A stretch of 29,490 nucleotides of DNA, taken from NCBI GenBank assembly GCA_964244895.1, contig CAXTKV010000044.1:1-29490 (forward strand), in the 5' to 3' direction. Positions 8,103-17,102 of the stretch are shown in pieces. Made by a program: the position numbers and the translations under genes. The notes below the pieces were generated by a model. The model did no database searches, was not told the origin of the DNA, and was given only the letters and a program-made list of their open reading frames with translations. Within the stretch, counting starts at the first letter, position 1, and each line of letters opens with the position of its first letter. The stretch comes from an uncultured Deinococcales bacterium (lineage in GTDB: Bacteria > Deinococcota > Deinococci > Deinococcales > JAAFIG01).

Positions 8103-8465
8103 GTGCGCCTACTTTTCGCCGTGCTGATATCGGGGCTGCTCTCGGGCTGCGCCTTCACCTTCATTCCGCTCGAGCCGAACCCGATCCGGCTCGAACCGAA
8201 GTTCGTGATCGGTTCCGCCTCGAGCTTCGAGCGCCGGAGCTCGGAGATCGTGCTGCGCCTCGAATTGCGCCGCGTGCCGCAGGAGGGTTACGTCAGCGTG
8301 TTCTTGTTTCGCAACGACGATCAGGTCGCAGAGGACAGCAAACTCGCGCGCCCTGACACGCAGAACCTCGAATTCCGCTTCAAGGACGCCATCGTCGGAC
8401 GCTACCGCGCGGTCGTGTTCTGGCAGGAGAGCGTGGCTCGGCAGTTCGACCTCGAAATCAAATGA
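8103..8465 (+). CDS. Putative lipoprotein (120 aa, Ig-like beta composition)
   Basis: Signal peptide with lipobox LLSGC; GTG start 6 nt after TATCGT (8091-8096). Confidence 0.78.
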   Translation: MRLLFAVLISGLLSGCAFTFIPLEPNPIRLEPKFVIGSASSFERRSSEIVLRLELRRVPQEGYVSVFLFRNDDQVAEDSKLARPDTQNLEFRFKDAIVGRYRAVVFWQESVARQFDLEIK

Positions 8466-8488
8466 GACCATCCCCGACGACTCTGTGG

Positions 8489-8506
8489 AAATAGCGTCCA
8501 GCACGG
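8489..8506. repeat. Half copy of the palindromic element
   Basis: AAATAGCGTCCAGCACGG. Confidence 0.5.
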
Positions 8507-8560
8507 ACTTTGCGATAAATTGTCACGATTTTTCCTGGATTGCGCGGATACACTGACGCG

Positions 8561-10267
8561 GTGAAGATTGATGCGCACGACTGGGACACCATCAGGCCGC
8601 ATTACGACGCACTGACGAGCGAAGCCCTCTCGCCGGACGGCGTCCTGGCCTGGTTGGAACGCTGGAGCGACCTCGAGAAGCAGCTCATTGAGGCCCGCGT
8701 CAGCGCCTACCGCGCCATGACGGAAGATACGGCGGATGAAACCGCCGAGCGCCGTTACCTGCACCTGGTCGAGGAGATCAACCCGAAAGCCCAGGTCGCA
8801 GCGCAGGCCCTCAAGGCCAAACTGCTGGCGCTTCACGGGTATACGCCGCACCCAGACCAGGCCGGAATGCTCGAGCGCCTGCGGGCAGACGCGAGCATTT
8901 ACCGCGATGAGAACGTCCCGATCCTGACTGAACTCACCGTGATGGACGCGGAATACAACAAGATCGTCGGCGCTATGAGCGTCACGCTGGACGCTCAGGA
9001 ACTGACCCTGGAGGCCGCCTCGAGCCGACTGCTCGAACCCGACCGTGCGCGCCGGGAAACCGCTTGGCACACGATTCATGGGCGCTGGCTCGAGGAGCGT
9101 GCCCGCCTGGACGAACTGTTCTTGAAGATGCTCCGGCTCCGGCGCCAGATTGCGCAGAACGCCGGGTTGCGAGATTACCGCGAGTACATTTGGCGCGCCT
9201 ACGCGCGCTTCGATTACTCGCCGGAGGACTGCCGCACCTTTCACGACGCGATTCAAAAAACAGTCGTGCCGCTCGCTACGCGCCTGCTCGAGCGCGACCG
9301 CGCGGCGTTCAGGCTCGAGACGATGCGACCGTGGGATTTTGATTTTCGATTTCAGCTCGACCCGCGAGGCCGCCAACCGCTGAAACCCTTTTCGGACGTG
9401 CAGGAGCTGACCGAGGGCGGCCAGCAGATTTTTGACGCGATCGATCCCGAACTGGGGGCGCAGTTTCAAAAAATGCGCGCCGGGTTTCTCGATCTGGGCA
9501 CGCGCCCCGGCAAGGCTCCGGGCGGCTACTGCGAGTATTTTCCGATCTCAAAAACGCCCTACATCTTCATGAGCGCCGTCGGCACGCACGACGATGTCAA
9601 CACGCTGTTGCACGAGGGCGGTCACGCCTTTCACGCTTTCGCCTTCGGTGCCTCGCAACCGCTCGTGTGGAACCACTGGAGCCCGATGGAGTTCGCCGAA
9701 GTCGGTTCGATGGCGATGGAACTCCTGGCGCACCCGTACCTCGAGCGGGATCGCGGCGGCTTTTATAGCCCCGAAGATGCGGGCCGCGCCCGCCTGGAAC
9801 ACCTGCAAAGCATCGTGCGTTTTTTGCCGTACATGGCGATCATGGATGCGTTCCAGCACTGGATTTACGCCAACCCCGCCGACGGTGGCGCGCCCGAGCA
9901 CATCACCGCCCGCGACCTGGACGCCAAGTGGAGCGAACTCTGGGAGGTTTTCTCGCCCGGTGTGGACTGGACGGGCCTAGATGACGCCGAGCGCTCGCGC
10001 TGGCACCGTCAGGGACACGTTTTCGGCGCGCCCTTCTACTACGTCGAGTACGGCATGGCGCAACTCGGGGCACTCCAGGTCTGGCGCAACGCGCTCACGG
10101 ATCAGGCGCAGGCCCTCGCGGCCTACAAGCGCTCGTTGTCGCTCGGGTACACCCGCAACGTGCCGGAACTGTTCGAGGCGGCGGGAGCGCGGTTCGCCTT
10201 CGATGCCGAGACGGTCGGTTCGCTGGTCGCGCTGATCGAGGAACACCTCGAGCTTGCGGGCGCGTAG
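8561..10267 (+). CDS. M3 family oligoendopeptidase (PepF-like)
   Basis: Zinc motif HEGGH, EFAEVGSMAME, GKAPGGYC, PFYYVEY; GTG start 6 nt after TACACT (8549-8554). Confidence 0.93.
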   Translation: MKIDAHDWDTIRPHYDALTSEALSPDGVLAWLERWSDLEKQLIEARVSAYRAMTEDTADETAERRYLHLVEEINPKAQVAAQALKAKLLALHGYTPHPDQAGMLERLRADASIYRDENVPILTELTVMDAEYNKIVGAMSVTLDAQELTLEAASSRLLEPDRARRETAWHTIHGRWLEERARLDELFLKMLRLRRQIAQNAGLRDYREYIWRAYARFDYSPEDCRTFHDAIQKTVVPLATRLLERDRAAFRLETMRPWDFDFRFQLDPRGRQPLKPFSDVQELTEGGQQIFDAIDPELGAQFQKMRAGFLDLGTRPGKAPGGYCEYFPISKTPYIFMSAVGTHDDVNTLLHEGGHAFHAFAFGASQPLVWNHWSPMEFAEVGSMAMELLAHPYLERDRGGFYSPEDAGRARLEHLQSIVRFLPYMAIMDAFQHWIYANPADGGAPEHITARDLDAKWSELWEVFSPGVDWTGLDDAERSRWHRQGHVFGAPFYYVEYGMAQLGALQVWRNALTDQAQALAAYKRSLSLGYTRNVPELFEAAGARFAFDAETVGSLVALIEEHLELAGA

Positions 10268-10268
10268 C

Positions 10269-10324
10269 TCGAGAGCACCGTCCAGCACGCATTCTGATAT
10301 TTGCGTGCTGGACGGTGCTCTCGA
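10269..10324. repeat. Palindromic intergenic element, copy 6 (best preserved)
   Basis: Perfect 23-bp inverted repeat TCGAGAGCACCGTCCAGCACGCA / TGCGTGCTGGACGGTGCTCTCGA around a 10-nt AT-rich loop, immediately after the stop codon. Confidence 0.95.
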
Positions 10325-10526
10325 TGTTGAGCGCGCACTAAACCGATTCGGCGCAGCTTTCCAGACAGCCCAATAGCTCATCGCTCGAGCCCTCGAGCAA
10401 GATTCCTCAAGGCAACAACGCTGCGACCGACGGTGAAAATGCCGCGGCGCGGCTTCACGGCGCGAGGTATTCCACGGCTCCCCTCGCGCAATCGGCGGGC
10501 AAAGCTGAACGATGAGCATTGATTCA

Positions 10527-10541
10527 TTCGATAATGCCGAA
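10527..10541. promoter_or_regulatory. Putative IclR-family operator, copy 1
   Basis: TTCGATAATGCCGAA (TTCG-N7-CGAA). Confidence 0.6.
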
Positions 10542-10701
10542 CGACAAACCGACGATCGTCGTTGCCTGACTTTGACTGTCCGCTCGGTCTGAGCCCCTCG
10601 GATTCGGCGAACTCAAAAGATGAAAATCTCGTACTGAACGAATTTTTTGCTGTACCTGGATCACTGCGGCTCCGCTCGAATACGTTACCGGTTCGTCCCC
10701 C

Positions 10702-10754
10702 TTGACAAATTGATCGCCCGACAGCTAGCATGTCGGTCATTCGGTATTATCAAA
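10702..10754 (+). promoter_or_regulatory. Promoter of the ABC/dha operon with operator copy 2 at the presumed start site
   Basis: TTGACA (10702-10707), 18 nt, TAGCAT (10726-10731); TTCGGTATTATCAAA (10740-10754) is a reverse-complement match to the operator. Confidence 0.68.
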
Positions 10755-10842
10755 CGAAATACGAATTGCTCGGCTCGAGCGCCCTTTTAGACGCACTGTC
10801 TTCGTCTAAAGCGCGAAAAGTTGTGTAATTTTCATATTTTGA

Positions 10843-10857
10843 TTCGACAATACCGAA
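10843..10857. promoter_or_regulatory. Putative IclR-family operator, copy 3
   Basis: TTCGACAATACCGAA, 13/15 identical to copy 1. Confidence 0.62.
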
Positions 10858-10889
10858 CAATTTTCCCGATAATCGGGAGGGGGTTCGTT

Positions 10890-12233
10890 ATGAGAAAAGC
10901 ACGAACGCGGTTCTCACTCGGTGTTCTCGCAGCAGTTGGTCTCGGAGCCGTCGGCGCTGCCGTCACCTCGAGCGCCGCCCAGACCCAGCAGCTGACCCTG
11001 TGCTGGGCCGCCTGGGACCCAGCCAACGCGCTGGTCGAACTCTCCAAGGACTTCACCACCAAAAGCGGCGTGCAGATGAAGTTCGAATTCGTGCCGTGGA
11101 CCAATTTCGCGGAACGAATGCTGAACGAACTGAACTCCGGCGGCAAGCTCTGCGACCTGTTGATCGGTGACAGCCAGTGGATCGGCAGCGCCGCCACCGA
11201 AGGGCACTACGTCGAACTCACCGATTACTTCGCCAAAGAGGGCATCAAGATGTCCGACTTCATGCCCGCCGCGGTCAACGCCTATTCCACCTGGCCGAAG
11301 GGCGCGCCGCACTACTGGTCGCTGCCCGCGATGGGCGACGCGGTGGCCTGGACGTACCGCAAGGACTGGTTCGCGCGGCCCGATTTGCAAAAAGAATTCA
11401 AAGCCAAGTACAAGCGCGAACTGGCCCCGCCGACCACCTGGGCGCAACTCAAAGAGGTCGCGCAGTTCTTCCAGGGCCGCTCGATCGGTGGCAAGAAGGT
11501 CTATGGCGCGGCCCTCTACACCGAGCGCGGCTCCGAGGGCATCACGATGGGCGTTACCAGCGCGATGTACGCCTACGGCTTTCAGTACGAGAACCCGAAG
11601 AAGCCCTACGACATGGCGGGCTACGTCAACAGCGCCAACGCCGTCAAGGCGCTCGAGGTCTACAAGGATCTCTTCAAATGCTGCACGCCGCCCGGTCACA
11701 CCAACGCCTACATGACCGAGAACCTGGACGCGTACAAATCCGGTCAGGTCGCCATGCAGATGAACTTCATCGCGTTCTTTCCGGGCATCGCCAAGGATCC
11801 CGACGTGGGCGGCGCGAAGACCGGCTTCTTCGTCAACCCGACCGGCACGACCAAGGGCGCGACCCTCGGCGGGCAGGGCATCAGCGTCGTCAAGTACGGC
11901 GACAAGCAGGATCTGGCCTTGCAGTACATCAAGTGGTTCGCATCCCCGGAAGTGCAGCAAAAATGGTGGAACGTCGGCGGCTTCAGCGTCCACAACGCCG
12001 TGCTGAAGGCCCCCGGCTTCCTGGCCAGCAAGCCGTACTCGAAGGTCTTTCTGGATTCGATGGCGATCGTCAAGGACTTCTGGCAGGAACCGACCTACGC
12101 GCAGCTCCTTCAATCCATGCAGCAGCGCGTTCACGATTACGTCGTGGCGGATAAGGGTACAGCCAAGGAAGCGCTCGATAAGCTGCTCGTCGATTGGACG
12201 CAGGTCTTCAAAGAGGACGGCAAGATCAAGTGA
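10890..12233 (+). CDS. Carbohydrate ABC transporter substrate-binding protein (CUT1)
   Basis: RBS GGGAGG; signal peptide; YRKDWF, PTTWAQL, LGGQGISV motifs; followed by permeases and ATPases. Confidence 0.93.
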   Translation: MRKARTRFSLGVLAAVGLGAVGAAVTSSAAQTQQLTLCWAAWDPANALVELSKDFTTKSGVQMKFEFVPWTNFAERMLNELNSGGKLCDLLIGDSQWIGSAATEGHYVELTDYFAKEGIKMSDFMPAAVNAYSTWPKGAPHYWSLPAMGDAVAWTYRKDWFARPDLQKEFKAKYKRELAPPTTWAQLKEVAQFFQGRSIGGKKVYGAALYTERGSEGITMGVTSAMYAYGFQYENPKKPYDMAGYVNSANAVKALEVYKDLFKCCTPPGHTNAYMTENLDAYKSGQVAMQMNFIAFFPGIAKDPDVGGAKTGFFVNPTGTTKGATLGGQGISVVKYGDKQDLALQYIKWFASPEVQQKWWNVGGFSVHNAVLKAPGFLASKPYSKVFLDSMAIVKDFWQEPTYAQLLQSMQQRVHDYVVADKGTAKEALDKLLVDWTQVFKEDGKIK

Positions 12234-12280
12234 TCTTCCAGGCTCCCGCTCGAGCGCGATTCATGCGTGCGTGATGGACA

Positions 12281-12310
12281 GGCGGTCGGGGTGATCCTGC
12301 CCCGACCGCC
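12281..12310 (+). terminator. Intra-operon GC-rich hairpin after the binding-protein gene (partial terminator or mRNA stabiliser)
   Basis: GGCGGTCGGGG-TGATCCTG-CCCCGACCGCC, weak T tail. Confidence 0.55.
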
Positions 12311-12363
12311 GCTGTTTCAAGCTCGAGCCGAACGAACCTCACGGCGGTATCGAAAAGGTTGTT

Positions 12364-12431
12364 CTCGAGCGGAATATCGTGCTGGACACGATCTTGAGAA
12401 TGCGTGTGGGACGGTACGCTTGAATCTCGAG
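12364..12431. repeat. Palindromic intergenic element, copy 7 (degenerate)
   Basis: CTCGAGCGGAATATCGTGCTGGACACG...TGCGTGTGGGACGGTAC...CTCGAG. Confidence 0.65.
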
Positions 12432-12499
12432 CGACCAAACACGAAACCAGAAATGACCAGGATGCCGATACGTTCCCCTCGAGCCAGAATTGGAGTGAC

Positions 12500-13438
12500 A
12501 TGCGACCCCTCTTGACCATCGCCGCGACACGACCGGGCGGCGGACGCGCCTCGAGCCGTTCGGGATTGTCCGACCGCTGGCTGGCCTGGCTGTTCTGCGG
12601 CCCGACGGTGCTGCTGCTGCTGGCCTTCAACATCTTCCCGCTGTTGTGGACGATCTACCTGTCCTACACGAACTACCGCGCCAACCGCCCCAGGTCAGCC
12701 GTCTCGGGCGTCGGGACGCTCAACTACGACAATTTGCTGGGCAACCCGGAAATCTGGGAGCGCCTTCAGGCCACCGCACATTTCTTGTTCTGGACAATCG
12801 CCTTGCAGCTCCTGATCGGCTTCGGGCTGGCTTGGCTGATCAACCAGAAGTTTCGCGGCCACGCCGTCATCACGACGTTAATCCTCTTGCCGATGATGCT
12901 CTCCCCGGCGGTGGTCGGCACGTTCTGGACGTACTTCTTCCAGCCGCAGTACGGCGTCTTCAACGCGGTCATCAACGCCATCGGTCACTTCGGGGATTTC
13001 ACCATGCTGGGCGATGTCAAGCTCGCGCCGTGGGCGATCGTGCTGGTGGACACCTGGATGTGGACGCCCTACGTGATGCTCTTGTTGCTGGCCGGGCTGC
13101 GCTCGATCCCCGAGTACATCTACGAGGCCGCCGAGGTGGATCGCGCCAGCGAGTGGACGAAATTCTGGCGCATCACCATCCCGATGGTCATGCCGTTCAT
13201 CGTGCTGGCGGTGCTCTTTCGGGTGATCGAGAATTTCAAGATGTTCGATCTGGTCAACCAGCTGACCAACGGCGGGCCGGGTTCGACCACGGAACTGGCC
13301 TCGATCACCCTCAAGCGCGAGGCCTTCGAGAAGTGGCGCACGGGCTACAGCAGCGCGTTCGCGATCATTCTGTTCGTCTCGATTTACGGGCTGGCGAACG
13401 TGCTGGTCAAGTTTCTGGAGCGGGTGAAAGAGCGATGA
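12500..13438 (+). CDS. Carbohydrate ABC transporter permease 1 (MalF/UgpA-like)
   Basis: Six hydrophobic segments; EAA loop YEAAEVDRASEW; LTNGGPG; RBS GGAG before ATG 12500 (alternative TTG at 12512). Confidence 0.93.
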   Translation: MRPLLTIAATRPGGGRASSRSGLSDRWLAWLFCGPTVLLLLAFNIFPLLWTIYLSYTNYRANRPRSAVSGVGTLNYDNLLGNPEIWERLQATAHFLFWTIALQLLIGFGLAWLINQKFRGHAVITTLILLPMMLSPAVVGTFWTYFFQPQYGVFNAVINAIGHFGDFTMLGDVKLAPWAIVLVDTWMWTPYVMLLLLAGLRSIPEYIYEAAEVDRASEWTKFWRITIPMVMPFIVLAVLFRVIENFKMFDLVNQLTNGGPGSTTELASITLKREAFEKWRTGYSSAFAIILFVSIYGLANVLVKFLERVKER

Positions 13439-13734
13439 CGCGATCAACAATGGACTTCTCGAGAACGACGATCTTGACGAGCTTCCATGCGAGGGCAACC
13501 ATAAAGGTTGCTACGAAACCAGGCTGTTGTAGGGGTAACCCTTGTGGTTACCCCTCCCGCGAATCGCGTTCGGTCGCCTTCACAGGAGGTCTATTCACCG
13601 CGGGCGTGCCCCCTCGAGCCTCTATTCGCGCTCGAGTCTCGAGAACACCGTCCAGTATGTGTTCTCGAAAATGCGTGTGGGACGGTGTTCTCGTGAAGAA
13701 CACGTTGAGGTACGAGAACGGGGATTGCCGATGA
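13435..13734 (+). CDS. Bridging mini-ORF (99 aa) spanning the repeat-containing gap between the two permeases
   Basis: ATG overlaps permease-1 stop (ATGA 13435-13438) and its TGA overlaps permease-2 start (ATGA 13731-13734); peptide is not protein-like, so translation is unproven. Confidence 0.35.
   Translation: MTRSTMDFSRTTILTSFHARATIKVATKPGCCRGNPCGYPSRESRSVAFTGGLFTAGVPPRASIRARVSRTPSSMCSRKCVWDGVLVKNTLRYENGDCR
13491..13556. repeat. GTAG-type REP doublet in inverted orientation
   Basis: GAGGGCAACCATAAAGGTTGCTAC (13491-13514) and GTAGGGGTAACCCTTGTGGTTACCCCTC (13529-13556). Confidence 0.75.
13640..13693. repeat. Palindromic intergenic element, copy 8
   Basis: CGAGAACACCGTCC...GGACGGTGTTCTCG, 14-bp perfect outer stem. 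Confidence 0.9.
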
Positions 13735-14702
13735 GCCTTCGCAATGCACCGACTCGCCCAGCGAACGTCCGAGAGCCGCTGCAACCCACGCCCCTCTCGA
13801 GGAACCTGGCGGGCGTCGTGGTCTACGCTTACGCCTTCATTACGCTGCTGCCGCTCGTCTGGATCGTGATCACGGGCTTCCGCACGCCGAACGACGCGAT
13901 CTCGTATCCGCCGAAGCTCATCACCGCGCCATCCTTGGTCGGGTACGTCAACTTGTTCACCACGCGCACGCGGCTGGCGCAAGAAGACCTGGATAAACTG
14001 CCGCCGCCCGCCAACTGGATTGAAGGCGTGGCGCGCCAGCAGCAGATGATCATCGCGGGGCCGTCCGGGTTTTTAAAGCGCTACACGAATTCCTTGATCG
14101 TGGGGTTCGGCTCGACTTTCCTGAGCGTCTTCCTGGGCGTGTTGGCCGCTTACGGCTTCTCGAGGTTCCGCGTGCCCGGCAAGGGTGATCTGCTGTTCTT
14201 CGTGCTGTCCACGCGCATGATGCCGCCCATCGCGGTGGCCATCCCGATCTTCTTGATGTACCGATCATTGGGTCTTTCGGACACGCACCTGGGCTTGATT
14301 TTGCTCTACACGGTCGTCAACCTGAGCCTGGCGGTGTGGTTACTCAAGGGCTTCATGGACGAGATCCCACAGGAATACGAGGAGGCCGCGATGATCGACG
14401 GCTACAGCCGCCTGGACGCCTTCCGGCGAATCGTGCTGCCGCAGGCGGCGACCGGCATCGCCGCGACCGCGATCTTCTGCCTGATCTTCTCATGGAACGA
14501 GTACGCGTTCTCGCTGTTGCTGACCAGCGGCAACGCCCAGACCGCGCCGCCGTTCATTCCGACGATCATCGGCGAGGGCGGCCTGGACTGGCCCGCGATG
14601 GCGGCGGGCACGACGCTGTTCCTGCTGCCGGTGCTGTTCTTCACCGTCCTGCTGCGGGATCACCTGCTGCGCGGCATCACCTTCGGAGCGATCCGCAAAT
14701 GA
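13731..14702 (+). CDS. Carbohydrate ABC transporter permease 2 (MalG/UgpE-like)
   Basis: AAYGFSRF, EAA loop YEEAAMIDGYSRL, FSWNEY, LLRGITFGAIRK. Confidence 0.93.
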   Translation: MSLRNAPTRPANVREPLQPTPLSRNLAGVVVYAYAFITLLPLVWIVITGFRTPNDAISYPPKLITAPSLVGYVNLFTTRTRLAQEDLDKLPPPANWIEGVARQQQMIIAGPSGFLKRYTNSLIVGFGSTFLSVFLGVLAAYGFSRFRVPGKGDLLFFVLSTRMMPPIAVAIPIFLMYRSLGLSDTHLGLILLYTVVNLSLAVWLLKGFMDEIPQEYEEAAMIDGYSRLDAFRRIVLPQAATGIAATAIFCLIFSWNEYAFSLLLTSGNAQTAPPFIPTIIGEGGLDWPAMAAGTTLFLLPVLFFTVLLRDHLLRGITFGAIRK

Positions 14703-14932
14703 CGCCGAGCGACCCGAACCAGATTCATGATGCTCTCGAGCGCGAGATCATCCGGCCCAAACCGCTTCACGCCTTCAGCCGCCGCATCTGGGAGCCGATC
14801 ACGGTCGGCGCGATGTTCCTGGGCTTCGTGATGCTGCTGCAACCATTTTTCCTGGTGCTGTTCACCCACGCCTTCAGCGTGATCCTCTTCGGCGTGATCG
14901 GCTTCACCGTCGCCAGCAAACTTCCGGAGTAA
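14699..14932 (+). CDS. Small two-helix membrane protein (77 aa) within the ABC operon
   Basis: ATGA overlap with permease 2; two hydrophobic stretches; ends 3 nt before the ATPase start. Confidence 0.75.
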   Translation: MTPSDPNQIHDALEREIIRPKPLHAFSRRIWEPITVGAMFLGFVMLLQPFFLVLFTHAFSVILFGVIGFTVASKLPE

Positions 14933-14935
14933 CCC

Positions 14936-16069
14936 ATGGCCGAGATTCGCATCGAACATTTGCACAAACGCTTCGGCGATTTTATCGCCGTCGAAGATTC
15001 CAGTTTGACGGTCAAGAACGGCGAGTTCTTCGTGCTTTTGGGGCCATCCGGCTGCGGCAAGACGACCACGCTTCGGATGATCGCTGGACTCGAGCTGCCG
15101 ACCTCGGGCACGATCCTGCTGGATGGTCAGGATGTGACGTTCAACCGCGCCCGCGAGCGCGACATCGCCTTCGTGTTTCAACTCTTCGCGCTCTACCCGC
15201 ACATGACGGTGCGGCAGAACATCCGTTTCCCGCTGGTCAACGAGCGCGTGCCCGCGCCGGAGATCGAGCGGCGCGTGATGGAAATTTCAAGGATGCTTCA
15301 GATCGATCACCTGCTGGGGCGTCGCGTCACGGGCTTATCGGGCGGCGACCGGCAGCGCGTGGCGCTCGGGCGAGCCATCGTGCGCCAGCCGAAGGCGTTC
15401 TTGATGGATGAACCGTTGGGCACGCTGGACGCGAGCTTCCGCGAGTTGATGTGCCTGGAGCTTCGCAAGCTTCACGACCGCCTGGGCGCGACCACCGTCT
15501 ACGTCACGCACGACCAGAGCGAGGCGATGGCGATGGCAGACACGATTGTCGTCATGAACCAGGGCCGGGTCTTGCAGGCCGACACGCCCGAACGCATTTA
15601 CGACTGTCCGAACTGCGTCTTCGTCGGGCGCTTCATCGGGGCACCGCCGATGGGTTTTCTCGAGGTTGCGGGGGCCGTCAAACCGGGCGACGAGCGCGTG
15701 CGCGTGGACGGCGTGAGCCTCAGCGTGCCGCGCCAGCTCGAGGGCGCCGAGCGCGTCCTGCTGGGCGTGCGGCCCGAACGCGTGATGGTGGTCGGCGACG
15801 GCGGCGTGCGCGGCGAGGTGCTGGCCGCCGAATACCTGGGCTCGCACCAGGTGCTGACCGTGCAGACCCGAGCGGGTACGGTTCGCGCGCGCGTCGGCAA
15901 GGATGCCCAGGCGAGGCTCGGCGAGACGGTCGGTCTCGAGTTCGATGCTTCGAACGTGATCCTCTACGGCGCGCAGACCGAACAGATGCTCCAGAGCGCC
16001 TTCACGGAGCGCTTCAAGGGTGCAGGGCAACCCTCGAGCGTTCCCAGGCAGGAGGTGGCCCGTGGCTGA
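14936..16069 (+). CDS. ABC transporter ATP-binding protein 1 (MalK-like)
   Basis: GPSGCGKT, LSGGDRQ, FLMDEP, VTHDQ, C-terminal TOBE-like region. Confidence 0.95.
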   Translation: MAEIRIEHLHKRFGDFIAVEDSSLTVKNGEFFVLLGPSGCGKTTTLRMIAGLELPTSGTILLDGQDVTFNRARERDIAFVFQLFALYPHMTVRQNIRFPLVNERVPAPEIERRVMEISRMLQIDHLLGRRVTGLSGGDRQRVALGRAIVRQPKAFLMDEPLGTLDASFRELMCLELRKLHDRLGATTVYVTHDQSEAMAMADTIVVMNQGRVLQADTPERIYDCPNCVFVGRFIGAPPMGFLEVAGAVKPGDERVRVDGVSLSVPRQLEGAERVLLGVRPERVMVVGDGGVRGEVLAAEYLGSHQVLTVQTRAGTVRARVGKDAQARLGETVGLEFDASNVILYGAQTEQMLQSAFTERFKGAGQPSSVPRQEVARG

Positions 16070-17102
16070 GGTTCGTCTCGAACAGCTCTTCAAATCGTTC
16101 GGCGATATTCAGGCCGTAGAAAATCTCGAGCTGACCATCGCAGACGGTGAATTCCTGGTGCTCTTGGGGCCGAGCGGCGCGGGCAAGACCACGACGCTGC
16201 GCCTCGTTGCAGGTCTCGAGACGCCAGACTCGGGCCGCGTCTTGCTGGACGGCGAGGACGCGACGGGCTGGCATCCGGCGGAGCGCGATGTCGCGTTCGT
16301 GTTTCAGCAGTTTTCCCTGTACCCGCACTACACCGTCTACGACAACCTGGCCTTTCCGCTTCGCGCCCCGAACCGCCGCACACCGGAACCCGAGATCGCC
16401 AAACGCGTCACCGAGGTCGCCGAACTCTTGCGGATCGAGGGCAAACTCAAGAACAAGTCCACCCGCCTGTCCGGTGGCGAGATGCAGCGCGTCGCCATCG
16501 GGCGGGCGCTGGTGCGCGAACCGCGCGTCTTCTTGATGGACGAACCGATGTCGTCGCTGGACGCGAAGCTGCGCGAGGAACTTCGGGCGGAACTCAAACG
16601 CATTCAGACGCGATTGGGCGCGACAATTCTGTACGTCACCCACGATCAGGTCGAGGCGACCACGCTGGCGGATCGTATCGGCATCCTCGAGCGCGGACGC
16701 TTGAAGCAGGTCGCGCCGCCGCGCACGATCTACGATGACCCGGATTCGCTCGGTGTAGCGAGGCGGCTCGGGTCGCCGCCGATCAATGTCCTCAAGACCG
16801 CCTGGTGCAACCCAAAAGAGGTTCCTGCCGGGGCGGACTGCCTGGGCATCCGCCCGGAGGATCTGGAACTCGAGATCGACCAACCAAGCGACCGCGATAT
16901 CGAAGCCAGCCCGACGGCCACGGTCGAACTGGTCGAACGGCTCGGGCCGCAACACCAGGTGGTCTTGCGAAACGCGCTCGGTGAGGTTCGGGTGCTCGTG
17001 CCGCCCGGCGTGCCGCTGGCTCGTGGGCGCGAGGTTCGGGTGCGCTTCCCGATCAGTAAGCGCCTGTTCTTTAATACCGCAGGGGAAAGGATACGCCCAT
17101 GA
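16062..17102 (+). CDS. ABC transporter ATP-binding protein 2 (MalK-like)
   Basis: RBS GGAGGT before GTG; GPSGAGKT, LSGGEMQ, FLMDEP, VTHDQ. Confidence 0.95.
   Translation: MAEVRLEQLFKSFGDIQAVENLELTIADGEFLVLLGPSGAGKTTTLRLVAGLETPDSGRVLLDGEDATGWHPAERDVAFVFQQFSLYPHYTVYDNLAFPLRAPNRRTPEPEIAKRVTEVAELLRIEGKLKNKSTRLSGGEMQRVAIGRALVREPRVFLMDEPMSSLDAKLREELRAELKRIQTRLGATILYVTHDQVEATTLADRIGILERGRLKQVAPPRTIYDDPDSLGVARRLGSPPINVLKTAWCNPKEVPAGADCLGIRPEDLELEIDQPSDRDIEASPTATVELVERLGPQHQVVLRNALGEVRVLVPPGVPLARGREVRVRFPISKRLFFNTAGERIRP

Noticed and set aside
8462..8564. Bridging ORF between the lipoprotein and the peptidase (ATGA at 8462, GTGA at 8561)
   Set aside because: The ORF from 8462 stops at TAG 8492-8494, and the peptidase appears to have its own leaderless promoter
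10325..10700. Riboswitch or ncRNA in the long gap before the ABC operon (also gaps 3130-3340 and 20640-20830)
   Set aside because: No conserved motif of a known RNA family recognisable by eye; an Rfam/Infernal search would be needed to exclude one
10818..10840. CRP-like site TGTGT-N6-CATAT upstream of the binding-protein gene
   Set aside because: Poor match to TGTGA-N6-TCACA and located downstream of the likely promoter
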